A stretch of 33,649 nucleotides of DNA from positions 1 through 33,649 of the forward strand of contig DAHXOU010000045.1 of NCBI GenBank assembly GCA_027364705.1. The letters are read 5' to 3'. The DNA is from Nanobdellota archaeon (GTDB lineage: Archaea; Nanobdellota; Nanobdellia; Pacearchaeales; GW2011-AR1). The notes under the pieces were generated by a model, which searched no databases, was not told where the DNA came from, and worked only from the letters and a program-made list of their open reading frames with translations. The translations under genes were made by a program, and so were the position numbers. This document shows, piece after piece, positions 1-9,885 of this stretch (positions are counted from its first letter, which is position 1; the number at the start of each line of letters is the position of its first letter).

Positions 1-513
1 GTCGGTATAAATGAAACCCTTCAAAGTTTCGCAGGAATTTCGGCGACGAGAATGAACGCACGTTTCATGTCATATTTTTTCAAACAGGATCAGGAAAGAG
101 GAATTCCCCACAAACTAAGAGAATTAAAAAAGTACATAAAAAAATTTGATGTAATATTCTGCGGAGCTCTCGAATATAAACCGCATCAGACATCAGATTC
201 AACTTCCGCACAAATTGCAAAGGCACTGAAAACAGATTTCATAAATTTAAGCGACGTTCAGGGATTATATACAAAAAATCCAAAAAAATACAAAGATGCA
301 AAATTCATTCCTAAGATTTCATGGAAAGAATTTCATAAAATGGCGCACAAGGATAAATTCCAACCTGGACAACATTTTGTTCTTGACCAAACGGCATCTA
401 CAATAATTATGAAAGAAAAAATAACCACATATATTTTAGGCGAAGACATGAAACAATTAGACGCTGTTCTTCACAACCAAAAATTTAAAGGAACACTAAT
501 TGGGAATTTTTAG
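1..513 (+). CDS. pyrH: UMP kinase, archaeal type (5'-truncated by window edge)
   Basis: Frame is open from base 1 (VGINETLQSFAGISATRMNARF...); motifs GISATRMNA, P.QTSDST.A..A, NLSDVQGLY..NPK, PGQHFVLD..A, FKGT match archaeal PyrH. Confidence 0.9.
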   Translation, partial: VGINETLQSFAGISATRMNARFMSYFFKQDQERGIPHKLRELKKYIKKFDVIFCGALEYKPHQTSDSTSAQIAKALKTDFINLSDVQGLYTKNPKKYKDAKFIPKISWKEFHKMAHKDKFQPGQHFVLDQTASTIIMKEKITTYILGEDMKQLDAVLHNQKFKGTLIGNF

Positions 514-540
514 AATAGTTTTCTAAATGACATAAAAAAG

Positions 541-548
541 TTTATATA
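541..548 (+). promoter_or_regulatory. TATA box (with purine-rich BRE) of the leaderless padR operon
   Basis: AAAAAG-TTTATATA ending 24 nt before ATG at 572. Confidence 0.7.
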
Positions 549-554
549 GTAGAT

Positions 555-572
555 TATTACAATATTGTAATA
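555..572. promoter_or_regulatory. Perfect 18-bp palindrome, likely PadR operator
   Basis: TATTACAATATTGTAATA is its own reverse complement and lies between the TATA box and the padR start codon. Confidence 0.7.
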
Positions 573-1102
573 TGACAATATCAAATAAAGAAACAGCACT
601 TTTGGGACTTCTTTCAGAAGGAGCAATGCACGGATATAAAATTGAACAGGAAATTAAAAACAGATCTATGCGGGATTGGACAGAAATCTCTATGTCTTCC
701 GTCTATAAACTGCTTAGAAAGTTGGAAAAAGAAAAATTGATTAAAAGTGATATGAAAGTTTCCAGCAAAAACATTTCTCAAAAAGTTTATTCCATAACTA
801 GCGAAGGTAAAAAGGAATTAAAAGACAAAATAAAAAATCTTGTCAGCGAACCTGAAAAAACATTATCCAGAATTGACTTAGCAACTTCTCATTTAGATCA
901 ATTAACAAGAAAAGAAGCAACTGAATGTCTAAAAAAATACGAGAAGAAACTTAATGAAATGCTGACTTGCTATAAGGAACTTGAAAAATACTTGCAAAAT
1001 TGCAAATATCCAAAGCATAGTCTTGCATTGGCGAGAAGACCCCAATATCTTATTATTGGAGAATTAAATTGGATTAAGGAATATCAAAAGGAAATAAAAT
1101 GA
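572..1102 (+). CDS. PadR family transcriptional regulator
   Basis: LLGLLSEGAMHGYKI...SSVYKLLRKLEKEKLI...KVYSITSEGK wHTH signature with helical C-terminal domain. Confidence 0.92.
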   Translation: MTISNKETALLGLLSEGAMHGYKIEQEIKNRSMRDWTEISMSSVYKLLRKLEKEKLIKSDMKVSSKNISQKVYSITSEGKKELKDKIKNLVSEPEKTLSRIDLATSHLDQLTRKEATECLKKYEKKLNEMLTCYKELEKYLQNCKYPKHSLALARRPQYLIIGELNWIKEYQKEIK

Positions 1103-2328
1103 AAAAAGATAATTTCCAGAATGAGTATGCAATAAAAGCAGGAAAATATATTAATAAATTTTGTAATGTAAAACCAAATAGACAAACAGGTTCTAAAGGA
1201 AATCAGGAAGCAACTAAATTCTTTGCTGAAACAATAAAATCATTTGGATATTCTATCGATACAACTCCGTTTAAATGCCTTGATTACAAAAAAGGAAAAT
1301 CATCTTTACAGCAAGGGAAAAATAAATTTGATGTGAAAATAAGTTCTTATTCGAAAGAATGTAATGTGACCGACGAATTGATAACAGTTTCAACGATAGA
1401 AGAACTTGAAAAGGTACCTTTCACAGGAAAAATATTATTAATGATAGGAGAGATATGCAATGAATCACTTATGCCCAAAAATTTTGTATTTTATAATCCA
1501 GACCATCATAAAAAAATATACAAACTTCTCGAAGACAAAAAACCTGCTGCAATAATTACAGCAATGACAAAGAGACCCGAACTTGTTGGTGCATTATATC
1601 CTTTTCCATTAATTGAAGATGGAGATTTTGATATCCCCATAGTTTATTGTACAGAAGAGGAAGGGAAAAAAATTGCTTCACAAACAGGAAAAATATTTAC
1701 TTTGAAAGCAAACGGAAAAAGAATACCTTCGACCGCAAGCAATATCGTTGCAAAAAAAGGAGACGGTCATAAAAAAATTGTCATTTGTGCACACATTGAT
1801 GCTTATGGAAGTACACCAGGAGCTTCAGACAATGCTTCGGGAACAACAGTATTATTGCTTCTTGCAGAAATGCTTAAGGGAGAGATTACAAAAAATAAAA
1901 TAGAAATCCTAGCATTTAACGGAGAAGATAATTATAGCGTCGGAGGACAAATGGATTATCTTAGAAGATATGAAAAAGAATTTGGTAAAACATTAATTTC
2001 AATAAATATCGACGACGTTGGTTTCAAAAAAGGAAAAACAGCGTACTCTTTTTACGGATGTGAGAAAAAAATGGAGAATGAAGCAGAAGATGTATTCAAA
2101 AAATATAATGGACTTGTTCGTGGTGGAGAATGGTATCAGGGAGACCACATGATTTTTGTCCAGAATAAAATTCCAACAATAGCCGTAACTTCAGACCAGA
2201 CAGTTTACTTAATGAAGAATATAACTCACATAGAAAAAGATATTCCTGAAATATTAAATATGGAAAAAATAGTAGAGGTAGCTTCAGCATTAAAAGAGTT
2301 TATAATAAAGTATGACCAAATAAACTAA
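1099..2328 (+). CDS. M28 family zinc aminopeptidase with PA-like domain
   Basis: Motifs [26 protein letters not shown], late His; ATGA overlap with padR. Confidence 0.9.
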   Translation: MKKDNFQNEYAIKAGKYINKFCNVKPNRQTGSKGNQEATKFFAETIKSFGYSIDTTPFKCLDYKKGKSSLQQGKNKFDVKISSYSKECNVTDELITVSTIEELEKVPFTGKILLMIGEICNESLMPKNFVFYNPDHHKKIYKLLEDKKPAAIITAMTKRPELVGALYPFPLIEDGDFDIPIVYCTEEEGKKIASQTGKIFTLKANGKRIPSTASNIVAKKGDGHKKIVICAHIDAYGSTPGASDNASGTTVLLLLAEMLKGEITKNKIEILAFNGEDNYSVGGQMDYLRRYEKEFGKTLISINIDDVGFKKGKTAYSFYGCEKKMENEAEDVFKKYNGLVRGGEWYQGDHMIFVQNKIPTIAVTSDQTVYLMKNITHIEKDIPEILNMEKIVEVASALKEFIIKYDQIN

Positions 2329-2335
2329 AGACAAA

Positions 2336-4591
2336 ATGGATAAGGATAAAATTATCATCAAAGGAGCAAGAACACATAATCTCAAAAATATTTCTTTGGA
2401 GATTCCAAAAAACAAAGTTGTAATATTTACAGGAGTTTCAGGTTCAGGAAAATCATCTCTAGTTTTTGATACCATTTATACTGAAGCGCAAAGACAGTTA
2501 ATAGAAACATTTTCATCTTTTGCTCGAGCAAGAATGCCTAAACTTTCCAAGCCAGATGTAGATGAAATAAGAAACATATCGACGGCAATTGTAATCGACC
2601 AGAAAAGGATGGGAACAAATTTAAGAAGCACTCTCGGAACAGCAACTGAACTTTACACTTATCTCAGACTTTTATTTTCTCGTGCTGGAGATAAATGGAT
2701 TGGTCCTTCATTTTTATTCGGATTTAATCATCCTCTTGGAATGTGTTCAGAATGTAAAGGTTTTGGAAAAAAAATAATTGTAGATGTAGATAAATTAATT
2801 GACAAAGAAAAAACTATTCGTGAAGGGGCAATTACTCACCCAGACCACAAAGTTGGCGGTTGGAACTGGAGAGAAATGGTAGCTACAAATTTATTTGACG
2901 TAGATAAAAAGCTAAAAGATTTTTCAAAAAAAGAGATGAACGATTTACTCTATGCTAAAGCAATTCCAATTGAAAAAAAACACGGAGCAGGAACATACGC
3001 TAAAGTTTTCGAAGGTATTGCAAGAAGACTTGAAAAGGCTTATCTGAATAAAGCAGAGGATGAATTGCCTGCAGAAAAGAAAAATGCATATCAAAAGTAT
3101 TTCATTTATTCAGATTGTGATTCCTGTCATGGCTCAAGAATAAATGAGAAAGCAAGAAGTGTTAAGGTAGAAGGAAAAACAATTCCTGAAGTTGTAAAAA
3201 TGGAATTAACAGAACTGGATAAATATCTAAGCACAATAAAAGGAGACATTGCAAAACCGATGGTTACCAAAATGCGACAGATTCTTTCACATATGATTGA
3301 AATAGGAATCGGATATTTATCTCTGAATCGTCCTGTTGCAACATTGTCTGGTGGAGAAAGTCAGAGAGTAAAAATGGCAAGGCAATTAGATTGCGATCTG
3401 ATAAATTTAATGTACATTTTAGACGAGCCTTCTATCGGTCTTCATCCAAGAGATAATCATAAATTAATTGAAATGCTTGGAAAATTAAGAGATAAAGGAA
3501 ACAGCGTATTTGTCGTCGAGCATGACCCAGATATAATCCAATCTGCAGAGTATATAATTGATATAGGCCCACATGCAGGAACAAAAGGCGGAGAAGTTGT
3601 TTATGCCGGACCTGCAAAAGGAATAAAAGATTCTAAGGGACTGACAGGAGAATTTTTGTCAAAGAAATTAAAAATATATGATAAAAGAAAAGAATGGACA
3701 GATTTCATCGAGATAAAAAATGCAACACTTCATAATTTAAAGAATGTCTCAACAAAAATTCCAAAAGGAATTCTAACTTGCATAACAGGAGTTGCTGGTT
3801 CTGGAAAAAGCAGTTTGATTAATGATTTATTCTTAAAACAAAATCCCGATGCAATTGTAATAAACCAGTCACCTGTTGGAAAATCATCGAGGTCAAATCC
3901 TGCAACTTACGTCGGGATATTTGATAACATAAGAAAAGAATTTGCAAAAGAAACAAAAACAAATCCTTCGTTGTTCAGTTTTAATTCAAAAGGCGCCTGT
4001 CCGAATTGTAAAGGTCTTGGAACAATATCTTATGAAATGAGTTTCCTCGATGAAGTCAAAGTAACCTGTGACGTGTGTCAGGGAAAGAGATACACCGAAG
4101 AAGTTTTGAAATTAAAGTATAACGGAAAAAATATATCAGATATTTTGAATATGACAATTTTTGAATTAAAGAATTTTTTCAAAGACCCAGAAATCAAAAG
4201 AAAACTGCAAGTATTATGCGATGTTGGATTAGAATATCTCGAAATCGGACAGCCACTGAGTACATTATCTGGAGGAGAAGCCCAAAGAATAAAATTAGCA
4301 TCAGAACTCCACAAAAAAGGAAATATTTATGTTATGGATGAACCGACAACAGGATTACACATGTCGGATATTAAAAAATTACTTGAGATAATAAAATCTC
4401 TCATCGACCATAATAATACCGTAGTTGTAATAGAACATAACTTAGATGTTATCAGACACGCAGATTGGGTTATTGACCTTGGCCCAGAAGGCGGAAACAA
4501 AGGCGGAGAAATATTATTTGAAGGAACTCCTGAAGATTTAATCAAAAGCAAAAAAAGTTACACGGCAGAATATCTCAAGAAAGTATTGTAA
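2336..4591 (+). CDS. Class II UvrA (UvrA2/DrrC-like) ABC ATPase
   Basis: GARTHNLKN, two Walker A ([18 protein letters not shown]), two LSGGE signatures, DEP Walker B, CxxC pairs; 751 aa, lacks the UvrB-binding region. Confidence 0.9.
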   Translation: MDKDKIIIKGARTHNLKNISLEIPKNKVVIFTGVSGSGKSSLVFDTIYTEAQRQLIETFSSFARARMPKLSKPDVDEIRNISTAIVIDQKRMGTNLRSTLGTATELYTYLRLLFSRAGDKWIGPSFLFGFNHPLGMCSECKGFGKKIIVDVDKLIDKEKTIREGAITHPDHKVGGWNWREMVATNLFDVDKKLKDFSKKEMNDLLYAKAIPIEKKHGAGTYAKVFEGIARRLEKAYLNKAEDELPAEKKNAYQKYFIYSDCDSCHGSRINEKARSVKVEGKTIPEVVKMELTELDKYLSTIKGDIAKPMVTKMRQILSHMIEIGIGYLSLNRPVATLSGGESQRVKMARQLDCDLINLMYILDEPSIGLHPRDNHKLIEMLGKLRDKGNSVFVVEHDPDIIQSAEYIIDIGPHAGTKGGEVVYAGPAKGIKDSKGLTGEFLSKKLKIYDKRKEWTDFIEIKNATLHNLKNVSTKIPKGILTCITGVAGSGKSSLINDLFLKQNPDAIVINQSPVGKSSRSNPATYVGIFDNIRKEFAKETKTNPSLFSFNSKGACPNCKGLGTISYEMSFLDEVKVTCDVCQGKRYTEEVLKLKYNGKNISDILNMTIFELKNFFKDPEIKRKLQVLCDVGLEYLEIGQPLSTLSGGEAQRIKLASELHKKGNIYVMDEPTTGLHMSDIKKLLEIIKSLIDHNNTVVVIEHNLDVIRHADWVIDLGPEGGNKGGEILFEGTPEDLIKSKKSYTAEYLKKVL

Positions 4592-4625
4592 TACCAAAAA
4601 ATAAAAACTCCTTTTTCTTAATTTC

Positions 4626-5072
4626 TTGATGGAACAAATTCTCATAACAGAAACAAACTTTGACAAAGTAAGGAAACTGATAAAAGAAAATAAGGATAAA
4701 GAAATAATTTTCTCGTCGGACGATGATGAACTGAACAGAAAAATTCTTGAGAAAGAAGAAATAAAAATTCTTTTGCTGAACATGGAAAAAAGAAAAGATT
4801 TTCAAAAGCAAAGAAATTCAGGATTAAATCAGGTTCTTGCAAAACTCGCGAAGAAAAAAGATATAATTATTGGAATAAATCTTGACGAGATTATAAATTC
4901 AGAATCAAAACAAAAAGCAAGGATTCTCGCTCGCATTTCTCAAAATGTAGAATTATGCAATAAGAATAAATTGAAAATGAAATTCATAGGAAAAAATCAA
5001 AGAAATATTTACGACTTGAAAGCGCTTGGTTTAGTTTTAGGAATGCCGACATCTATGGTTAAGGAACTATAA
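4626..5072 (+). CDS. rnp3: RNase P subunit p30 (Rpp30)-like protein, shortened
   Basis: SGLNQVLAKLAKKKDIIIGIN, RI.QNVELC.K, RN.YDL.ALG.VLGM resemble the Rpp30 C-terminal half. Confidence 0.7.
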   Translation: MMEQILITETNFDKVRKLIKENKDKEIIFSSDDDELNRKILEKEEIKILLLNMEKRKDFQKQRNSGLNQVLAKLAKKKDIIIGINLDEIINSESKQKARILARISQNVELCNKNKLKMKFIGKNQRNIYDLKALGLVLGMPTSMVKEL

Positions 5073-5109
5073 CAAAAACCTTTTTAATTCATTTTATTTA
5101 ATCAATTAC

Positions 5110-6618
5110 ATGGATGAAAAACTAATTGAATCACTTAGTCCGAATGAGAGAAAAATTCTTCCTTATCTGAAGGAAAATATAAATGAAATAAGCAGACAGT
5201 CAAAACTGGACAGGACATCTGTTCTTCGTGCTTTGGAATATTTAGAGAACAAAAAGATTATAGTTTTATCGAGAGAGAGAAAAAAAATAGTTGAACTTGG
5301 AGTCAATGGTTCATTATATCATAAAAAAGGACTTCCAGAGAGAAGACTTCTTAATCTGCTTAATGAAAAAAGAATCTTAAGGTTGGATGAAGCTCAAAAA
5401 CAAAGTGCACTTTCAGATGAAGAATTCAAAGCGTCAATCGGTGCTCTGAAAAAAAAGGCACTCATAGAGATAAAAAATGAAAAATTAGTTCTGACAGGAA
5501 GCGGAGAAGAGATATCAAGAAAAACACTTGAAGAATTATTTTTAGAATTATTGCCGATGGAATATCATTTGCTAAGTCCAGAACAATTATATTCACTTAA
5601 ATCTCTGGAAAAAAGAAAAGATATTATTTTTATACGAGAAGAAGAACTTATCGATATAAGTATAACAAAACTCGGAGAAGAAGTTATCAAATCAGGAAAA
5701 GGAACAGGGGAATTAATTGAAGCGGTAACTTCAAAACTTCTTGAGAAAGAATCTGCCTGGAAAGGAAAAAAATTCAGAAGATATGATGTTACTTCTCCTT
5801 TACCGTCGGTAAACGGAGGGAAAAGACATTTTGTAAACCAGGCAACAGATTACGCAAGAAAAGTCTGGACAGAAATGGGTTTCCAGGAAATGAGTGGAAA
5901 CATAATTCAAAGTTCATTCTGGAATTTCGATGCACTTTTTACTGCGCAGGACCATCCTGTTCGTGAAATGCAAGATACATTCTTCATAAATAAAAAAGTT
6001 GAATTGCCAGATAAAAAATTAGTAAAGGCAGTAAAGGAAAGTCATGAAAAAGGAAATGATGGAAGTAAAGGATGGGGTTATGAATGGAATGAAGAAGAAG
6101 CGAAAAGATTAGTTCTTAGAACCCATACAACTTGTGTCTCTGCAAATACATTAGCAAATTTAGATAAAAAAAATATTCCCGCTAAATTTTTCGCAATAGG
6201 AAAATGTTTCAGAAATGAAACTGTGGATTGGAGTCATGGATTCGAATTTAATCAAACAGAAGGAATTGTCATCGGTAAAAATCTTAACTTCAGACATCTT
6301 CTGGGATATTTACAAGAATTCTTCAAAAAGATGGGTTTTGAAAAAGTCAGATTCCGTCCGAGTTATTTCCCTTACACAGAACCAAGCGTTGAAATTGATG
6401 TCTGGCATCCAGAGAAAAAAATATGGTTTGAGTTAGGCGGAGCAGGAATTTTCCGTCCCGAAGTTACAATTCCTCTTCTCGGAGAAAACATGACTGTCCT
6501 TGCATGGGGTCCAGGATTCGACAGAATGATAATGGATTATTATGAAATAAAAGATTTAAGAAATATGTACAAGAATGATTTATCTCAATTAAGAAAAATG
6601 AAATTTTGGATGAAATAA
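5110..6618 (+). CDS. pheS: Phenylalanine--tRNA ligase alpha subunit
   Basis: FWNFDALF..QDHP.REMQDTF, LRTHTT, FRNE..D.SH..EF.Q.EG, YFPYTEPS, ELGGAGIFRPEV. Confidence 0.98.
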   Translation: MDEKLIESLSPNERKILPYLKENINEISRQSKLDRTSVLRALEYLENKKIIVLSRERKKIVELGVNGSLYHKKGLPERRLLNLLNEKRILRLDEAQKQSALSDEEFKASIGALKKKALIEIKNEKLVLTGSGEEISRKTLEELFLELLPMEYHLLSPEQLYSLKSLEKRKDIIFIREEELIDISITKLGEEVIKSGKGTGELIEAVTSKLLEKESAWKGKKFRRYDVTSPLPSVNGGKRHFVNQATDYARKVWTEMGFQEMSGNIIQSSFWNFDALFTAQDHPVREMQDTFFINKKVELPDKKLVKAVKESHEKGNDGSKGWGYEWNEEEAKRLVLRTHTTCVSANTLANLDKKNIPAKFFAIGKCFRNETVDWSHGFEFNQTEGIVIGKNLNFRHLLGYLQEFFKKMGFEKVRFRPSYFPYTEPSVEIDVWHPEKKIWFELGGAGIFRPEVTIPLLGENMTVLAWGPGFDRMIMDYYEIKDLRNMYKNDLSQLRKMKFWMK

Positions 6619-6619
6619 A

Positions 6620-8314
6620 ATGGCAAACATAACAATAGATAGAAAACAATTTGAAAAAGAAATCGGAAAGCTCGACGAGAAAATGCAGAATAGAATTGCA
6701 ATGTTCGGAACTCCATTAGACAAATTTGACAATGAAACAATGGATATTGAAGTTTTCCCAAATCGCCCGGATTTACTTTCTTATCACGGATTCAAAAGAA
6801 GTTTTCTTTCTTTTATTGGAAAGCAAAAAGGTTTGAAAGAATACAAAGTAAACAAGCCAGAAAAAAATTATGAAGTAACGATAGACTCTTCTGTAAAAAA
6901 TATTCGTCCTTACACTGCCTGTGCAATTGTAAAAGGATTGAAATTTGACGACGATAAAATTAAGGAAATAATTGATGTTCAGGAAAAATTGCATTTCACG
7001 GTAGGAAGAAAAAGAAAGAAACTTGCGATAGGAATTTATCCTTTAGAAAAAATAAAACTTCCTATAACATTCAAAGCTCTTGAACCTGACAAAATAAAAT
7101 TCGTTCCACTTGAAACAGATAGAGAAATGTCTGGCTTGCAGATTTTGCAAAGACATCCAACAGGGAGAGAATATGCTCACTTGCTTGCAGGAAAATCAAA
7201 ATTTCCTATTTTTGTCGACGCAGACAATAATATTCTTAGTATGCCTCCGATTATAAATTCCAAGAATACAGGAAAGATAACTGAAACAACAACAGACGTG
7301 TTTGTAGAATGTTCTGGTTTTGATTTTCCTATCTTGCAAAAATGTCTGAATATGGTTGTAACAATTCTGGCAGATATGGGCGGAAAGATTTATTCAATGG
7401 AATTGAAAGAAGGAGGAAAAAAGAAAATAACTCCTGATTTAAATTCTGAAAAAATGAAATTAAATATCTCAAATACAAATTCTCTTTTGGGACTGGATTT
7501 AAACGAAAAGCAAATTAAAGAGCTAATTGAAAAAATGGGGCACAATTACAATAAAGGAGTTGTAGAAATAGCTCAATGGAGAACAGATATGCTTCATGAA
7601 GTAGATTTAATTGAAGACGTAGCAATAGCTTATGGTTATGAAAATTTCATTCCTGAAATTCCTTCAGTTGCAACAGTAGGTAAAGAAGAGGAAAAAGAAA
7701 TAATTAAAAGAAAAATTGCAGAGATTTTGGCAGGATTAAATATTCTTGAAACTTCAAATTATCATCTCACAACAAAACAGGACCAGTTCAAAAAAATGTC
7801 TGTGCAGGAAGAAGGCATAATTGAAGTAGAAGCATCAAAGACAGATTATACTATCCTAAGAAAAGATTTATCTCATTACATTATGAAAAATCTTTCAGAG
7901 AATGTTGATTCAGAATATCCTCAAAAAATTTTCGAAGTTGGAAGAGTATTCAATAATTACAAAGAAACAGAAAATCTAGCACTCGCAGTTACTCCTTCAA
8001 ATTTCACAGAAGTTAGACAGATTTTAGAATATCTTTCAAGAATGCTGAATGTGGAGATTAAAATTGCCGAGCCAAAAGATAAAATTCCAAACTGGTTTAT
8101 CGAAGGAAGATGTGCTGAAATAATTTTATCTGATGTTGAAACCGAGAATAAAAAATCAACTTCCGCTGGGGCGGGTGGGCGGGGCCCAAGTAATGAAAAA
8201 TTAATAGGTTACTTAGGAGAAATTCATCCAAAAATTCTTAAGAACTGGAAGATAAAAATGCCTGTAAGTTTATTTGAAATTAATTTGGAAGAAACTTTTA
8301 GGAAGTTAAATTAA
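6620..8314 (+). CDS. pheT: Phenylalanine--tRNA ligase beta subunit (with ~21-aa insertion near C-terminus)
   Basis: PNRPDLLS, QEKLH...GR.R...AIG, LSMPPIINS, R.D.LH.VDLIEDVAIAYGY, GEIHP. Confidence 0.97.
   Translation: MANITIDRKQFEKEIGKLDEKMQNRIAMFGTPLDKFDNETMDIEVFPNRPDLLSYHGFKRSFLSFIGKQKGLKEYKVNKPEKNYEVTIDSSVKNIRPYTACAIVKGLKFDDDKIKEIIDVQEKLHFTVGRKRKKLAIGIYPLEKIKLPITFKALEPDKIKFVPLETDREMSGLQILQRHPTGREYAHLLAGKSKFPIFVDADNNILSMPPIINSKNTGKITETTTDVFVECSGFDFPILQKCLNMVVTILADMGGKIYSMELKEGGKKKITPDLNSEKMKLNISNTNSLLGLDLNEKQIKELIEKMGHNYNKGVVEIAQWRTDMLHEVDLIEDVAIAYGYENFIPEIPSVATVGKEEEKEIIKRKIAEILAGLNILETSNYHLTTKQDQFKKMSVQEEGIIEVEASKTDYTILRKDLSHYIMKNLSENVDSEYPQKIFEVGRVFNNYKETENLALAVTPSNFTEVRQILEYLSRMLNVEIKIAEPKDKIPNWFIEGRCAEIILSDVETENKKSTSAGAGGRGPSNEKLIGYLGEIHPKILKNWKIKMPVSLFEINLEETFRKLN
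8168..8184 (+). other. G-quadruplex-forming motif inside pheT insertion
   Basis: GGGGCGGGTGGGCGGGG: four G3+ tracts with 1-nt loops. Confidence 0.75.
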
Positions 8315-8800
8315 TTACCCTAAATAATTCCCTTTCCCGTTTTCTTCTTTTGTATCCAAATTATTTTTTATAACATTAATTATATCAGAAAAATCTTTTT
8401 TTATTCTCTGCCACAACTCAAAATATTTTTTCACTGCCTCAGCCTCTTTCTTTTCAGAATATTCCAAATCAAGTTCAATAAGATCAATTTCTATCTTTGC
8501 AATTTCCTTATACATTTCAGTAAGCTTTTCCTTCTCCTTATTACCAAGAGATTTTATCACAGCAAACATAAACATTGGTCCATTGGAAGGATTAAGAATT
8601 GATTCTATAAATCTAAGATAGTTGATGAATTTATTTGTGATAATCTCACGGATTTCTCTTACAATAAAATCAGTCTCATATTCCGAAACTTTCTCAATCT
8701 GAAAGTCTTCATTGAGTTTTTCAAAAGAAGGAAGATTATATTTGTTCAAAAATATTTTATAGACTTCCTTTAATTTATTCAAATTCCATTCTTCAGCCAT
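8315..8800 (-). CDS. Hypothetical helical protein, C-terminus NYLG
   Basis: 161-aa ORF with host-like composition, TATA (8821-8830) about 25 nt upstream. Confidence 0.8.
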   Translation of the reverse strand: MAEEWNLNKLKEVYKIFLNKYNLPSFEKLNEDFQIEKVSEYETDFIVREIREIITNKFINYLRFIESILNPSNGPMFMFAVIKSLGNKEKEKLTEMYKEIAKIEIDLIELDLEYSEKKEAEAVKKYFELWQRIKKDFSDIINVIKNNLDTKEENGKGNYLG

Positions 8801-8874
8801 AGTTCCCGATAACAGAATGAATTTATAAATGTAATCAATTTGTAAAAATAATATTAGCAGTAGTGTCGTCGCAT

Positions 8875-8948
8875 GCCTGTGTAGCTCAGTCGGTAAGAGC
8901 GCAACATTGGTAATGTTGAGGTCCTGAGTTCGATTCTCAGCACAGGCT
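8875..8948 (+). tRNA. tRNA-Thr(GGT)
   Basis: Acceptor GCCTGTG/CACAGGC, anticodon arm CAACA-TTGGTAA-TGTTG, T arm CTGAG-TTCGATT-CTCAG; CCA not encoded. Confidence 0.96.
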
Positions 8949-8969
8949 TAAACTAAAAATAAGAAAGAA

Positions 8970-9332
8970 TTATTCCACTAAAGTATACTTAATTTCTTTT
9001 TTTCTTTTAGAACTTTTTTTTCTTTTAGCAGATACAGGTTTCATAATAAGGTTTTTTCTTGTTACAAATCTTATCGCAATTAAAATCAAGAAAGCTATCA
9101 GAAATCCGACAGCCATAAATCCAAAAATCATTGATGTAATATAAAACAGACTAATCAAAAAAGGATTCTTGAAAAAATAAGCGTATAAAAGATAAGAAAT
9201 ACCAGACAAGATAATAAACAAAAATAAATTCTTTACAACAACAGAAATATTACTTCTTGTTTTGGGAGTTTTTAATTTTCTCGAGGATATTTTCTTAATT
9301 TCTCTTTTTTTTGCCCTCTTTTTCGCTACCAT
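8970..9332 (-). CDS. Small two-TM membrane protein with Lys/Arg-rich termini
   Basis: Two hydrophobic segments flanked by basic tails. Confidence 0.7.
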   Translation of the reverse strand: MVAKKRAKKREIKKISSRKLKTPKTRSNISVVVKNLFLFIILSGISYLLYAYFFKNPFLISLFYITSMIFGFMAVGFLIAFLILIAIRFVTRKNLIMKPVSAKRKKSSKRKKEIKYTLVE

Positions 9333-9369
9333 TGTAATACTATCAATTAGAAAATATACTTTATAAATA

Positions 9370-9678
9370 TTATGTAGTTTTATTGCCCTGCCAGTTCATA
9401 TGAGTTACTTGTGCGGTAATTGTTTTCAAATTATCAAAGACACTTCCAACCCATGAAAAATAAAGTTTCACAACTTTCCCAACATCAGAAAAAGTTTTCA
9501 CTTCAACATTTCCGTCTCCAAATACTGCATTGAAACTAATTAATGCAAACAAAATTAATCCAACAAAAAAAACAGTAAGAAATTTTTGTTTGATATTTTT
9601 TGATTTAAAAAATATAAGCCCTGCTATAACAAGAACAGAAATAATAAGAATAATCATCCCCAAATCCATGTTAAACAA
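9370..9678 (-). CDS. Small membrane protein
   Basis: Two TM segments then amphipathic K.YFSW helix. Confidence 0.75.
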   Translation of the reverse strand: MFNMDLGMIILIISVLVIAGLIFFKSKNIKQKFLTVFFVGLILFALISFNAVFGDGNVEVKTFSDVGKVVKLYFSWVGSVFDNLKTITAQVTHMNWQGNKTT

Positions 9679-9726
9679 AGAAGAAGGCTGTATAAAAATT
9701 TTTCTTAAGTAAGTTAATAACTATTA

Positions 9727-9799
9727 TAGCCCCACCAGGATTCGAACCTGGGTCACCGCCTCCAGAGGGCGATATACTTGACCGCTGTACTATGGGGCT
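9727..9799 (-). tRNA. tRNA-Gln(CTG)
   Basis: Reverse complement AGCCCCA...TCGCC-CTCTGGA-GGCGG...CCAGG-TTCGAAT-CCTGG-TGGGGCT-A; A1-U72 typical of archaeal Gln. Confidence 0.96.
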
Positions 9800-9885
9800 C
9801 TACTAATGAGATAAAATCAGAATATTAAAAGGTTGCTATAAGAAAATTTAAATATAATCTTTGACTCAAAAATAAGATAAAGAGA

